A stretch of DNA of 64,000 bases from the NCBI GenBank assembly GCA_045837725.1, contig JBEWZL010000061.1, forward strand, positions 62,001 through 126,000, read 5' to 3'. This DNA comes from Vermamoeba vermiformis (taxonomy: Eukaryota). The notes under the pieces were generated by a model, which was given only the letters and a program-made list of their open reading frames with translations, searched no databases and was not told the origin of the DNA. The position numbers were made by a program, and so were the translations under genes. Below are positions 14,297-24,978 of this stretch, in pieces. Position 1 is the first letter of the stretch. Every line of letters starts with the position of its first letter.

Positions 14297-14556
14297 GTTT
14301 GGAAGAGGCGTGGTGTTGAGGTTGGTGTTAATGAAAAGAATGGGAATATACGGGCTATTCAATCCAACTAAATCATTTTGATCGATTGACAGGTTGATTA
14401 CCGGGAGATTAAGTCTATAAAAGGAGTCAGCTCGCAAATTAAATAATATTATTAATATATTACCCGCAGAATTTGACATACCGTCGAAACATTATATTAA
14501 GGAGACCGAACAAGATCTCAACAAGTTTAGAAAGTAGTTTGGTATCTTCCCGGCTA

Positions 14557-14620
14557 GAAATAGATCCCTTTCAAAAACGTCAGTTACTCCCGCGTTACGG
14601 AACAATACGCGCACATGGTA
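14557..14620. repeat. Dispersed ~65-bp duplicate of 17603-17668 (intron/exon junction of the EEP gene)
   Basis: gaaatagatccctttcaaaaacgtcagttac[t/a]cccgcgttacggaacaata...gcacatggta occurs at both loci. Confidence 0.85.
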
Positions 14621-15131
14621 TTAATTACAGCAGCGGGTATATTTGCGCATATTTTCCCACCAAGAGCGATGCAACAAAGACGTACAAACCGTACAAGATC
14701 AAAGCAACACTCGGGATCTAAAAATCTGCTCGAAACGTTTAATTATTAATACGAAGAGTATGTTAAAAAATTGCAAGTGATAAATATTTGCACCAAAATC
14801 AATATTGTAATAATAGGCGAAATCTGATCGAAACACTTTTCATTTACAAGCTAGCAGATACTAACGTGATAAAGATAAAATATTACATGCAAAATACAAT
14901 GTTGTAAATGAGATTAAAATATCATTAAATGATTTTTACCTGATCCGATCCAAAGGGAAGAAACTGAAATTGCTCAAACAGCTCGTTTATTTGCGAGCAG
15001 ATGATATCCAATTCAACAGTTTCTCGAATTGCTTGAATCATTTAGTTACAATTCAATTGCAAGGCATTAATAAAATCGCTTGGTGTTGCACATTATTGCA
15101 AAGTAATTTTTACTCGATTTCGATCGGGTTT

Positions 15132-16786
15132 TTACAACAGCATCGCAACGCACAACAGAGAAGCAAGACCAAATTGAAGAGCACCAGCGCTGCTGACCTT
15201 CGGGGGTGTTTGAGTGACAACAACTGGAGGAGCAGGGCACGTCACTGTGGCATTGCACGAGGCTGGGGCACCGAAGGCCCGAGTGAACGAGAGTTGAGCT
15301 TGAATGGCTTTGTTGGCCACAAGTCCGATGCCAGTGAGAGTTGTATCCATAGCACCGCATTGAGGATTGTTGATGGTGTACAGCGCTGAGATGTCGACTT
15401 GAGAACAGTCGCTGACTTGTTCATCGTTGCAAGTCACGTTGATTGGTTGAGTGAAGCAGCGAGGTATGGTGTAGAATGTCAAACCAACAGCACCAGGACC
15501 ATTAGCAATCATGAAATTGGGAACAATAATGTCGAAGTCGTTAACTCCAACTCCCAAGCCCCAGAGTCCAAAGCCCACAGTTGGGTTGGGCAAGTCGGCA
15601 GCTGGTTCCCATGCGCCATTGGCGTTGCGAGTCATCAAAAGGACTTTACCAACACCATTGGGCATATTGTTACCAGAGTAGCCTTCAAGGCCAGCAGTCA
15701 CCAAGAGGTTGTTGGCATCGAGGAAAACAGTCGCGTAACCCAGGAATCCTTGAGGATTGAAGCCAACACTGGTTGTTGTGAATGTTTGTTCGTTCCACAT
15801 GCCATTCGACTTGGTGTACACAAACACAATTCCGGACTCGTTAACTGTAGGTTGCGCGGTGAAACTCGAGCAGACAAGAGTATCAACACCATTGTAGTTG
15901 ACACTAACAGGACCAAATGTGCTGTTGACTGGCAGTGACTCGATGAACTTCCATGATTTGTCTGCTTGTCGTTCAAAGAACTTGACTGAGATGTCGCTGC
16001 CGTTTGTGAAGTCAGCGAAGACCAAGTGAGTGTCTGTCACACGATAAGTGGAGTATTCGCCTTCATAACTGACAGGAGTAGTGACGACCACTTCAGTGCC
16101 AGGAATGTTGAGCCAAGTGTTGTTCGATGCATTGTATTCGAATGTTCTGATCGTGAAGTTGCCATCGTTCAACGGAGAGAACGGATCGTAGCCAACAAAT
16201 GTGTCATCGGAGAGCAAGAAGCCACCATTGGCATTAACATAGCTGACATTGGAGATGTGATTGTTGTTATCGATGCTGAACAGAGCCATGCCTTCGCCAG
16301 ACAGTGAGACCCACTTGCCGTTGGTGCTCGCAAAAGGAGAAGTAACGTCGGTGAAGTTACCAACAGGCACGTAGATACCATCAGCATTGCGACGTCGAAT
16401 GGCCATTACTGGAGTACTAGAGGGAGCGATAACTAATCCTCTTTTGGCAGCAGGGCTTGCGCCGGTGTTGCTTGCGTCAAAGTAAACGAGCAGATCTTTC
16501 TTGGTTGCGACTTGAAAGACAGGTCCGGGTAATTGAGTCAGCGTAGACCAGTTCATCGGTTCTAGCGTAGCGCTCTAGATCAATAGAGTTAGATCTACCC
16601 GGTTGCGAAATAGTTTTGGAAACCAAGAACACAAAATTAAAGAGTGCTAACCAACCGCAGCTAACAGAAAGAAAAAAATGCTGCGGTTGGATGAAGAAAA
16701 ATAATATAATCAATCAAACTTACGGGACGTTGAGAGAATGCAACGGCAGCCAAAATAGCAATAACCAAACCGAGCAGTAACTTCAT
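15132..16786 (-). CDS. Surface beta-propeller-like family, copy 8 (intact)
   Basis: Exon 1 16724-16786 MKLLLGLVIAILAAVAFSQRP; intron 16575-16723; exon 2 15132-16574 contains the 474-aa ORF. Confidence 0.88.
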
Positions 16787-17220
16787 GTTTGAAAGAGGCG
16801 TGGTGTTGACTGTTGATGTGAATGAGAAGACTAGAGTTTCAACTCGTTCCGGTTTTATGCTATTGAAAGGAGCACAAGTAATCTCGATTGCGAGAGATTT
16901 GCCAACACTGCCATTGCTGCGAAAATCTCCCTGAAATAAGCACAAAACCAACTCTAATCGTTGATTCTGATGCAAAGTGTTAATGGAAGGATGAATAATC
17001 AAATGACAAACTCACGCTACAAACTTTTAGCTTGCGCCATTCAAATATTGAAATTCATGACTTTAATCGCAAAGAAATTCTATAGAATTAACGTTAAGGT
17101 ATGATGTTAGATGTGTGTACACAATTTAATTCGGGTACCTTTGGAATTCCATGGCATCTGACCAGTCTGTACATTGTTGAAGTAAAGACTCGGTAGCGAG
17201 CAAGCCAAGATCGCTCGAAG

Positions 17221-20200
17221 TTACTTGCTGTTTGACGAGTCGTCATCGGCGTCAACATTACCTTGCATTGAGAATAGTGTCTCAACCGAATAATGACCAC
17301 TTGCTTGAGTTTGTGGAGTCGATCCGAAAGGCAAAACTCTAAAAAGGATTTAGTAATTCGTAATGGTTGCGTAAATTAGAACTTACCTGCAATCTTTGAC
17401 GTTGATATGATTAAGGTCATGTTTACCGACCTTATTGAATGCCAAGATGTAATCGATGCGGATCTTCAGTCCTTTGTTCTTTTCGGTCAAGTTTTCAAAA
17501 CTGCCAACGAAACAAATTTAGAATTGGCTAAGTGCCATGACATGGTAATTAAGGTAATTTACCTATTGACAGTATATCCAGGAAAGTTTGGGTTCTTCTC
17601 CCGAAATAGATCCCTTTCAAAAACGTCAGTTACACCCGCGTTACGGAACAATAGATGTGCACATGGTAAACTATTGTATTGATTACATCGTGCACTTACC
17701 TCGGGTTCGCGAGTATTTCCAGCATATTTTCGTACTCACGGGTCTTTCTGAGCCTCCATTCGAAAATGGTGTTTGAATCCAGAGGAGCATCCGGGTTCGA
17801 TTCAATTGCTTCCGTAAAATTGAAATTATTTAACGCTATGTTTGGCTCTGTAGTGTCGATTATGAATATGTCGTCAGCAGTAATAACAGAGCTATCTTCT
17901 TTCAGGATTCGTTCGACGGAAGTGGATTTGAGCATTACTCCGGTCACTTTTCGCAACGATTGAAGCAGTTGGAACTTCAATATGAACACGAATTTTTGCA
18001 TTGGATAATCGGTTCTTCTTTCCTGTACAATATGAATGACGTTAACATTTCATGAATTACCCGAATCCATAAAAGGAGAATATCAATATAAAATCTAGAT
18101 TATTTTAAGATTACCTCGTGATTTAATCCTTCAGGGAACGTTGTAATCAATTTCTCCAACAAGAAGTTTACCCAAAAGTGGTCAGTATTATTCGACTCGT
18201 TGCTGGATTCACTAAAGTCTGAAACAGATCCGGGTCTTGAATCACTTTTTTCTTGCGCAAATAGCAGTTGATAGTAACTTAATACTATATCTCGATATGT
18301 ATTAAGATCCAACGGCACTTCTTGAACTTCTTCCTCGTTGTTCGTATTAGTATTATTTCCGCTCGTAACAATTGCTTTCAATCTCGCCGTAATCTCCTGC
18401 TTGATCACGAAGGTTATCATTTCAATTAAAAATAACAACCTTTCGCGCATCAAATGCTCTTTGATGAGTGCTCTAAAGTGTCCCAAATACTCAATTGGAA
18501 TGTTGTTGCCGTTCATGTTGTCAATGATATCGCTGCTGTATATGATCTTATTCTCCTGTTGATTGATATGATTGGCCAATGTCTTCACTGCTTCAGAATA
18601 AAATTGGTACGACTTGACTTCGATTTGATTCTTCGTGTCTTTCAGTTCTATTTTTCGGATCGCCTTCGGCTCATCAATTTTAATGCCTTGTGAGGCACGT
18701 AATGATACGTTGAAATTTGAATTGCTCTGGTTCACGAATTTTGTTTCTTTAAATAAAAATTAATGTTAGACAGACCGGTCTAAATATCGAAAAAAAAACA
18801 TGATCTTACCGTTTTCAGCGGTCGTTTGAAAATCTCCGCAAAGAATCAGTCCCATATTTTTGATATTTTTGCCGTCCCTAGCCTCGCTCTCCAACGTCCG
18901 TTCAATCTTCGTCATGATGAAGTTGAGTTGGTTTTCACGAATTCTAATTGCGCCTTCGTAGCCCACGCCGCTCAATTTCCACGGCAGACTACCGTCGGGA
19001 TTAGACTGCAAATGCGTTACGAACACATAGAGCGCCTTGTCTTGCGCCACTGATGCCAAGTCGAGCTTGATCCCGAGAACTCCTTTCGAGCACAACGTGT
19101 CTGAACCAACTGAGTTGTCAAACTGCCAAAATCTAGCATAATGTTAGTACTAACGATAAAAAACATGAATTTTTTATGAATTTGAAGGACCGTACTTATG
19201 CTTGATGATCGGGAACTTGCTCACGACAAAAAGTCCGCTGGATTCAACAATCAATCCACCTCCGCTTTTTATGATCTATATTAGCGACATATAGTTAGAA
19301 TCTTTTATATTATGGTTAATTGCACGAGCCCTTACTTGATACGGATATTCAGCTTTGAGTTCTTCGCTCAAAACATTCCTTGCATTGGCGTAGAACACCT
19401 CTGTAACAACGATTATTAGTATGGATATATATAGTACTATTATATTATGTGGCTCGAATTACCTTGCAAACAAACAATGTCATACTTTCGTCGAATGATA
19501 AGATCAGCAATCTTCCTCGCACGTTTTTCAGTGTTATTCTTAGATATTATCGGCGGCAGTAGTTGTGTGTTGAGTGTCAACAATTTGACACTAAAATTAT
19601 CTATCGAACAGTAAAATTAAATTGCGAGCACATACATAGGTAAAGTATGAGCGGATCTACATACCTGGAGTATTTACAGTAGGCTCTTCACCATATTTCC
19701 TTCTTTGTGCCTTTTGTTGATCTTCTTCTTCGTCATTAGGAATGATATAGAATATAGCAGTCGCTTGATTTTTCTTTTTTGCCACGTGTTCAATGCGGAT
19801 CTCAGGCGGTGCACGTGACTTGAAACTTCGATCTCCGATGTACGGATTGCACCAATAAAAGCTAACATCGCCCTAATATAGACATATTAGCTCGGTTTTG
19901 ATGTATCTGCGATTGTAGATCTGAAAACAAGTCATATAAAAATTTTAATGGGAGCGGATCTTGGAACCGATTTCAACAAAGCGAGGATAGCAAAAAGAAA
20001 ATCTATGCGAAGTCAGATAAAACATGGGACCTCTTACCTTAATGCCAGCGACGCTATAATAAATAATGCCTTCAGTGCCCGCAACCCATCCGTCAGTACG
20101 CGCAGCAAAAGTGATGATATCGGTTGGCAGAATAGTCTCTGGCGGGAAAATTGACCACACGCCGTGCTTGAGAACTTGATCGCGCCTTCTTAACGTGTGC

Positions 20201-21541
20201 ATTGTCTTATTTTCTACTGTAATCAATACACTCCTAGAAAAAATAATAGGATGGTTAGATCGGATCCAGAATCACTAGTACGACTAATATAATTAATTAT
20301 AGTGTACCTAGTTGCTTTGGCTATTTCATCTTTCCAATCACTGCTTATTTGTGGTGTTGGTGTCGGTGTCGATCCAAAATCAGAACTAGATCCGCTCGGA
20401 CTCCAACTCTGTCCTCTCTTATCTTCTCGTCGTGATTTCGCCGTGCTATTTGTCAGCGAATTAAAATTGCTGACGCTTGTTGTTGGTGAGTCATCGGGGG
20501 TATTTGACGCTGAACTGGCACTACTAGAATTTCTTCGTCCTTCGTTTGGCGATGACCGTACATTGTCAACCGTAGATCTGACATTCGTATTGTTGTTATT
20601 TACATTGGTATTATTAGCAGTGGTATTCTTTGTCACGGTGAACTTCACTGTGGAGTGATTGGCCGCGGTGGCTGTTCGAAAATTTATTAGAACTATTACA
20701 CTCAAATAGATAAAACGTGAAACGTGTAAAGGGCATATTATTGTCAAATGATATATACTAGCTGATTCATCGCAATTGTTTCAAGCTTGTGAAACGATAT
20801 TTCGAAAAACAGTATTTTGCGAAGATTTTTCGAGTTTTTTGTTCCGGAAAAGTTTTGTTCAAGTTCAGAGCATATAATTATGATACTAAAGGCATTGATA
20901 TTACGTACATGTTTGAGTGATTGTGTACATCGGTGGTCCATTAGCAGTGAATTGTTTTTTGCCCCAGACGTTGTTGACCCAATTAAAGGTCAGCCAAAAT
21001 TCAGGATTTAATTCGAATTTGTATTGAACCGTTCCTTCAGTGCCTATAATCACACGAGTTATTTTTAAGTTCAAAAAAAAAGTATTTCGAAAGTTCTTTT
21101 TCCGGATGTGATCCAACCGCCCATTCACCGGTCAAATAGAGCTAATAAATTATAAATAAAAGCTACATACTCTTTGCAATAAATCCTGATGCATGAGATC
21201 CGAATTCTACTGTTGTATTTGGCGGGATCGATTCTGTAATAGACGTTGAATTAGATTAAATTATCTACACTGCTATAAATATTGTTCATATTATACTTTC
21301 TATTTTACGAGCATTTTCAAATTTATTGGATTTATTCTACGGGAAATATCTTGAGATACTGAAATTTTCAATAATGAGAAATATTAGACTTCTTACCAGG
21401 AGGAAAATGACTCCAAATACCACTGACTAATGAATAATTTGTTCTCACTAGTGTATCATTTGTTTCGTTGCAGATCGAGATGAGGACTGACTTCGCTGCA
21501 TTTCGTAATTGCGTCCTCCAGCTATCAGTTGGAAAAGACAT
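17221..21541 (-). CDS. Multi-exon gene: two aegerolysin/Cry34-like domains + neutral sphingomyelinase-like EEP domain interrupted by a CLU-central-like insert
   Basis: Spliced by hand: MSFPTDSW..SVLISICNET..GIWSHFPPESIPP..TEGTVQY..FNWVNNVWG; second repeat SVLITVENKT..GVWSIFPPETI..GTEGIIYY..FYWCNPYIG; EEP motifs KLLTLN, DIVCLQEVF, SSGLFVVSKFPI, DTLCSKG, THLQ, GDFQ, DLFREKNPNFPGYT, RIDYI, SGHY; stop at 17221-17223. Confidence 0.75.
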
Positions 21542-21655
21542 ATGAACTGGTTAGTTAAATATGAACAAACATAAAATTATAAATAGCGTGTTATTTACAA
21601 ATAAATAGATAATAAAATAACTGCTATTTTACGGAAGATTGTTTATTTTGGCAGT

Positions 21656-24637
21656 TTAAAATCTATTTGGCTGGCGTTTGGGTCCTTTTGGTTTAGTATT
21701 GGTAACATGGCCCTTTTTCTAAAGAGAAACGGTTAATTCGCAAGGGATCCGGGTAATTAATTCAACCAATCCACTTACCTTAGCATTTTCGTTCACGAAA
21801 GTCATTGACAAAGGCTTGTTAGGTACTCGCGACTCTGAAGCATCCTTCATGGTCTCAACTTGCAATCGCTTTTCGAATGAAACAGCCTGTCGCGCCTTGT
21901 TGCGCATCTCTTCTTTTTTCTTATTGTTGAGAATCGGGTTAACGTCGTCTTTGGCCTCGAACATTTGCAGCTTTCTTCTGTTTTGCAATTGGCCGCCAGC
22001 TTTATTGTTAGCTCCCTTAGCATCGTTTTGCTTGGCTTGAGGTTTCTTGGGTTCTGTTTGGATGTACCTTGTTAGCCGCATGCAATTACCACGATTGATT
22101 GTTAATTACCTTCAGGCTCATCGCTATCGTCGTCACTATCTTCATCCTCACGCATTTCATCGTCACCGCTCTCATTATCATCGTCCTCTTCATCGGAAAC
22201 GAGATCGAAGTCGTCTTCTTGTTGCTCCTGTTCCTATGCACAGTATTAGTTAGTTGGAGGTCTAAACGCCATCAAATAGATGCTGTGCGCGAGGAGCTTA
22301 CTGGTCTTTCGTTAGGATGGTGTCTACGGTAAGCATCGTTGGTTTTGTCGATCTGGAAGGACGGATCCTCGAACAATTTCTTGAAACGCTCGTCTTCCAT
22401 AATGTTCTTGACTCTAGCAGCCTATATAATACGTTAGAACGGAATAAATTCCTATTTTGGTCCTTACCTTCGGATCTTCTTCGGCAGTTGTTGCCTTGAC
22501 CGCGAGTTCCTTGTTGACCTTCGGCAAATTGTTTGTTTTTTGTGCACGAATACGAGAGGCTCTCTTTTCTTCGATTCTCTTCTTGATGCGCGATTTAAGG
22601 TAGTCTTTGTATTCATCGGGATTGGCAATGGCTCGGATCTGATCAGCCTTGTTAACAGCTGCTAAAAATACTAAAATATCGCGCAAGAACGTACCTTAGT
22701 GTACAATCGAACGTCCATGAAGTAACCATGCATAGAAGCGCGAAGGTAAGGCGTACCAATCAAGTTTGTAACGCCAAGTCGCTCGAGATCTTCTCGCGTA
22801 ACGAACTTGTAGTCTTGATAAACGGTCTGGTTCTTTTCTTCTTCGAGTTCCTCCTATTAAATTAAACGAACGATTAACATTTTGAATTTGTTTGAGAAGC
22901 GGATGTGGATCACGTACCGTCAAATTGTCCAAGAACGAGCACCACTTGGGAGCGTGGCCAAGAGCGGGAATATAGAACGGACACATTCTCTTCTGTTCAC
23001 AGGCGACTAATACCATGCCCGTGTCTTTAACCAAGCACACATCGTTGATGTCTGAAGGCGGCTCGACTGAGCAGAAAGAAGTGCCATCGTCCTTGTTCCA
23101 AATACGAATAGCCTTCTTACAACTGCTTACTACGTTTCTAGTCTGCTCGTGGAACTTAATATCTACAATAGGCGTTCCGTATTGATGATCCTTAATGTGC
23201 AAAGGCACGCTAAACATGCAAGATCAGAATTATGAAAAAGCCAGAAAAAACACGAGTTATAATTTCTATGTGAGCATAATATTCCATATATATATAATAT
23301 GGTGCTTACCTAGTTCTAATATCATACAAAGCAACATGGCCGGAGTGAGATCCAACACCGACCATCATACCATCATTAGAGAATCTGACGGCTGTTAATG
23401 AAGCAGGACTCGTGACAAATCCAGATGAGGCACCCATAATATCGTGGCCGACAGGCAAGGCACCAATAGCTTTTCGTTCACGCGGATCCCAGCACTCCAA
23501 AATACCATCGTCACCGGCAAAAGCAAACAATGCATTGGCGGGGTTAATTCCGCAAGCCTGGTCGTATTGATAATATTAGTACTACTAGGCAAGCTTAGTA
23601 ATATAGTGGCATGACCTACGTTGACTGAAGGAGAGCAAGACTGCCAAGGCTTCATGAACCGACCTTGTTCCAAGTTGACGCGGTAAATGTCAGGACTCGC
23701 GCCAACTGTGAATAACTCGCACGTAGCGTGACTGTACATCATATCGCGACCAACCTAGTGTTAGATTAGTTAGTGACTAACTCTCTCATTCGCGTACGGG
23801 CAAAAAATCACCGATCTAGTTATTTTCTAATGCACGCTCATTAACAAATAAAATTGCCATAAACTTGCTAATTTATTGATTATTTTAATAAGACTTACCT
23901 TGGGAATGCGCATATTGTAATAGGTACCGAACTGAGCGTGGAACTCGAGCACGCGATCCGTTCGCAAAAAGGCTAATTTTGAAAAATCGTCCGATAAAAT
24001 CTATAATAAAAATACCGTATAATTAATACTCAGCCGACAATTTGCGAGATCGCGATCCATACCTGAAATTTGATAACTTCGCAATCAATGTGTCTTTTAA
24101 ACTTCATACTAAGTTGACTAACTTCGTAGCATCTGACTTGTGGTGGATAAATGCCTTAATAAAATTATCTGTTAATAAGGCTGCTCAAGCAAGCGCACGA
24201 TCTGATCGCATCTATAATCGTTGAAGTTCATATTAACGCTGAATGAATTTTAAAGTACCTGTTGCTAAAATATATTGTCCATCTCGTGACATTTTAATAT
24301 TATTTCCTGTGATCGGAAAGTCGAAATCTTGGATCAGCTCTATTCTTCGTCTGTAATCTAAAAAATCATGTTAAATAATTATAATTTAATATTAGTAATA
24401 GTAATACGAGTAACGGTCATTTTTTTTAATGCTTCAGGATTCGATCAGAAAAAACAGATCGCAAATCTCGTTTTTAAATTTATTGAATTAAACAACCCCC
24501 TCATTTACTATTTATATACTATAATTACCTTCATTTTTCTTGAGAGCCTTTTTCTTTTTGTCAGAGATCCACGACGGCAACGATCTGCTCGCCGAAATGT
24601 TGTAAATACGAACACCGTTCGGGGCGATGACTTCCAT
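21656..24637 (-). CDS. NOL10: Nucleolar protein 10 / Enp2 (SSU processome WD40 protein), multi-exon
   Basis: MEVIAPNGVRIYNISASRSLPSW; IELIQDFDFP; IYRVNLEQGRF; KDHQYGTPI; FYIPALGHAPKWCSFLDNLT; LPKVNKELA; acidic C-terminal region. Confidence 0.92.
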
Positions 24638-24978
24638 TATTTATATCTGGTCAACGCAAGTGTTGCACTTTTAGATAAATAAAAAAAGTGATTGTGCGAA
24701 GCAAAACTGACACGAGAAAAAACACCCTGCAGAAACCTCACGACAATTTCAATTCACAAAAATTAGGGCTTGGATTAATATTAATGAAGACATTTCGTAT
24801 AGGCGCTGTTGCTTAACGAAGTATATACGTTATGACGTCATTAGTCGTGATGAAGGCTTTCTGAACTGAACTTCAAAGACGATCTAACTAAGTTTTACTG
24901 ATAATAAATAATCTAATTAATGTAAGTATATTAATACAATGGCATCACCAAAGACTGATAAAATAAGACGTTGAAAGC

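Noticed and set aside
1-16225. Regularly recurring near-identical ~35-60-bp blocks resembling a CRISPR-like repeat array
   Set aside because: The spacing is kilobases and the blocks are in-frame coding segments of paralogous genes in a eukaryotic locus.
71-16387. Recurring plus-strand and alternate-frame ORFs within the surface-gene array (e.g. IVANKSVVREQE)
   Set aside because: They recur only because the underlying minus-strand genes are paralogous.
17671-17699. Apparent 29-nt micro-intron in the EEP gene
   Set aside because: An alternative AAG acceptor at 17614, preceded by a CTGAC branch motif, gives an 86-nt intron and the better EEP-like junction ANPR|DLFREKN.
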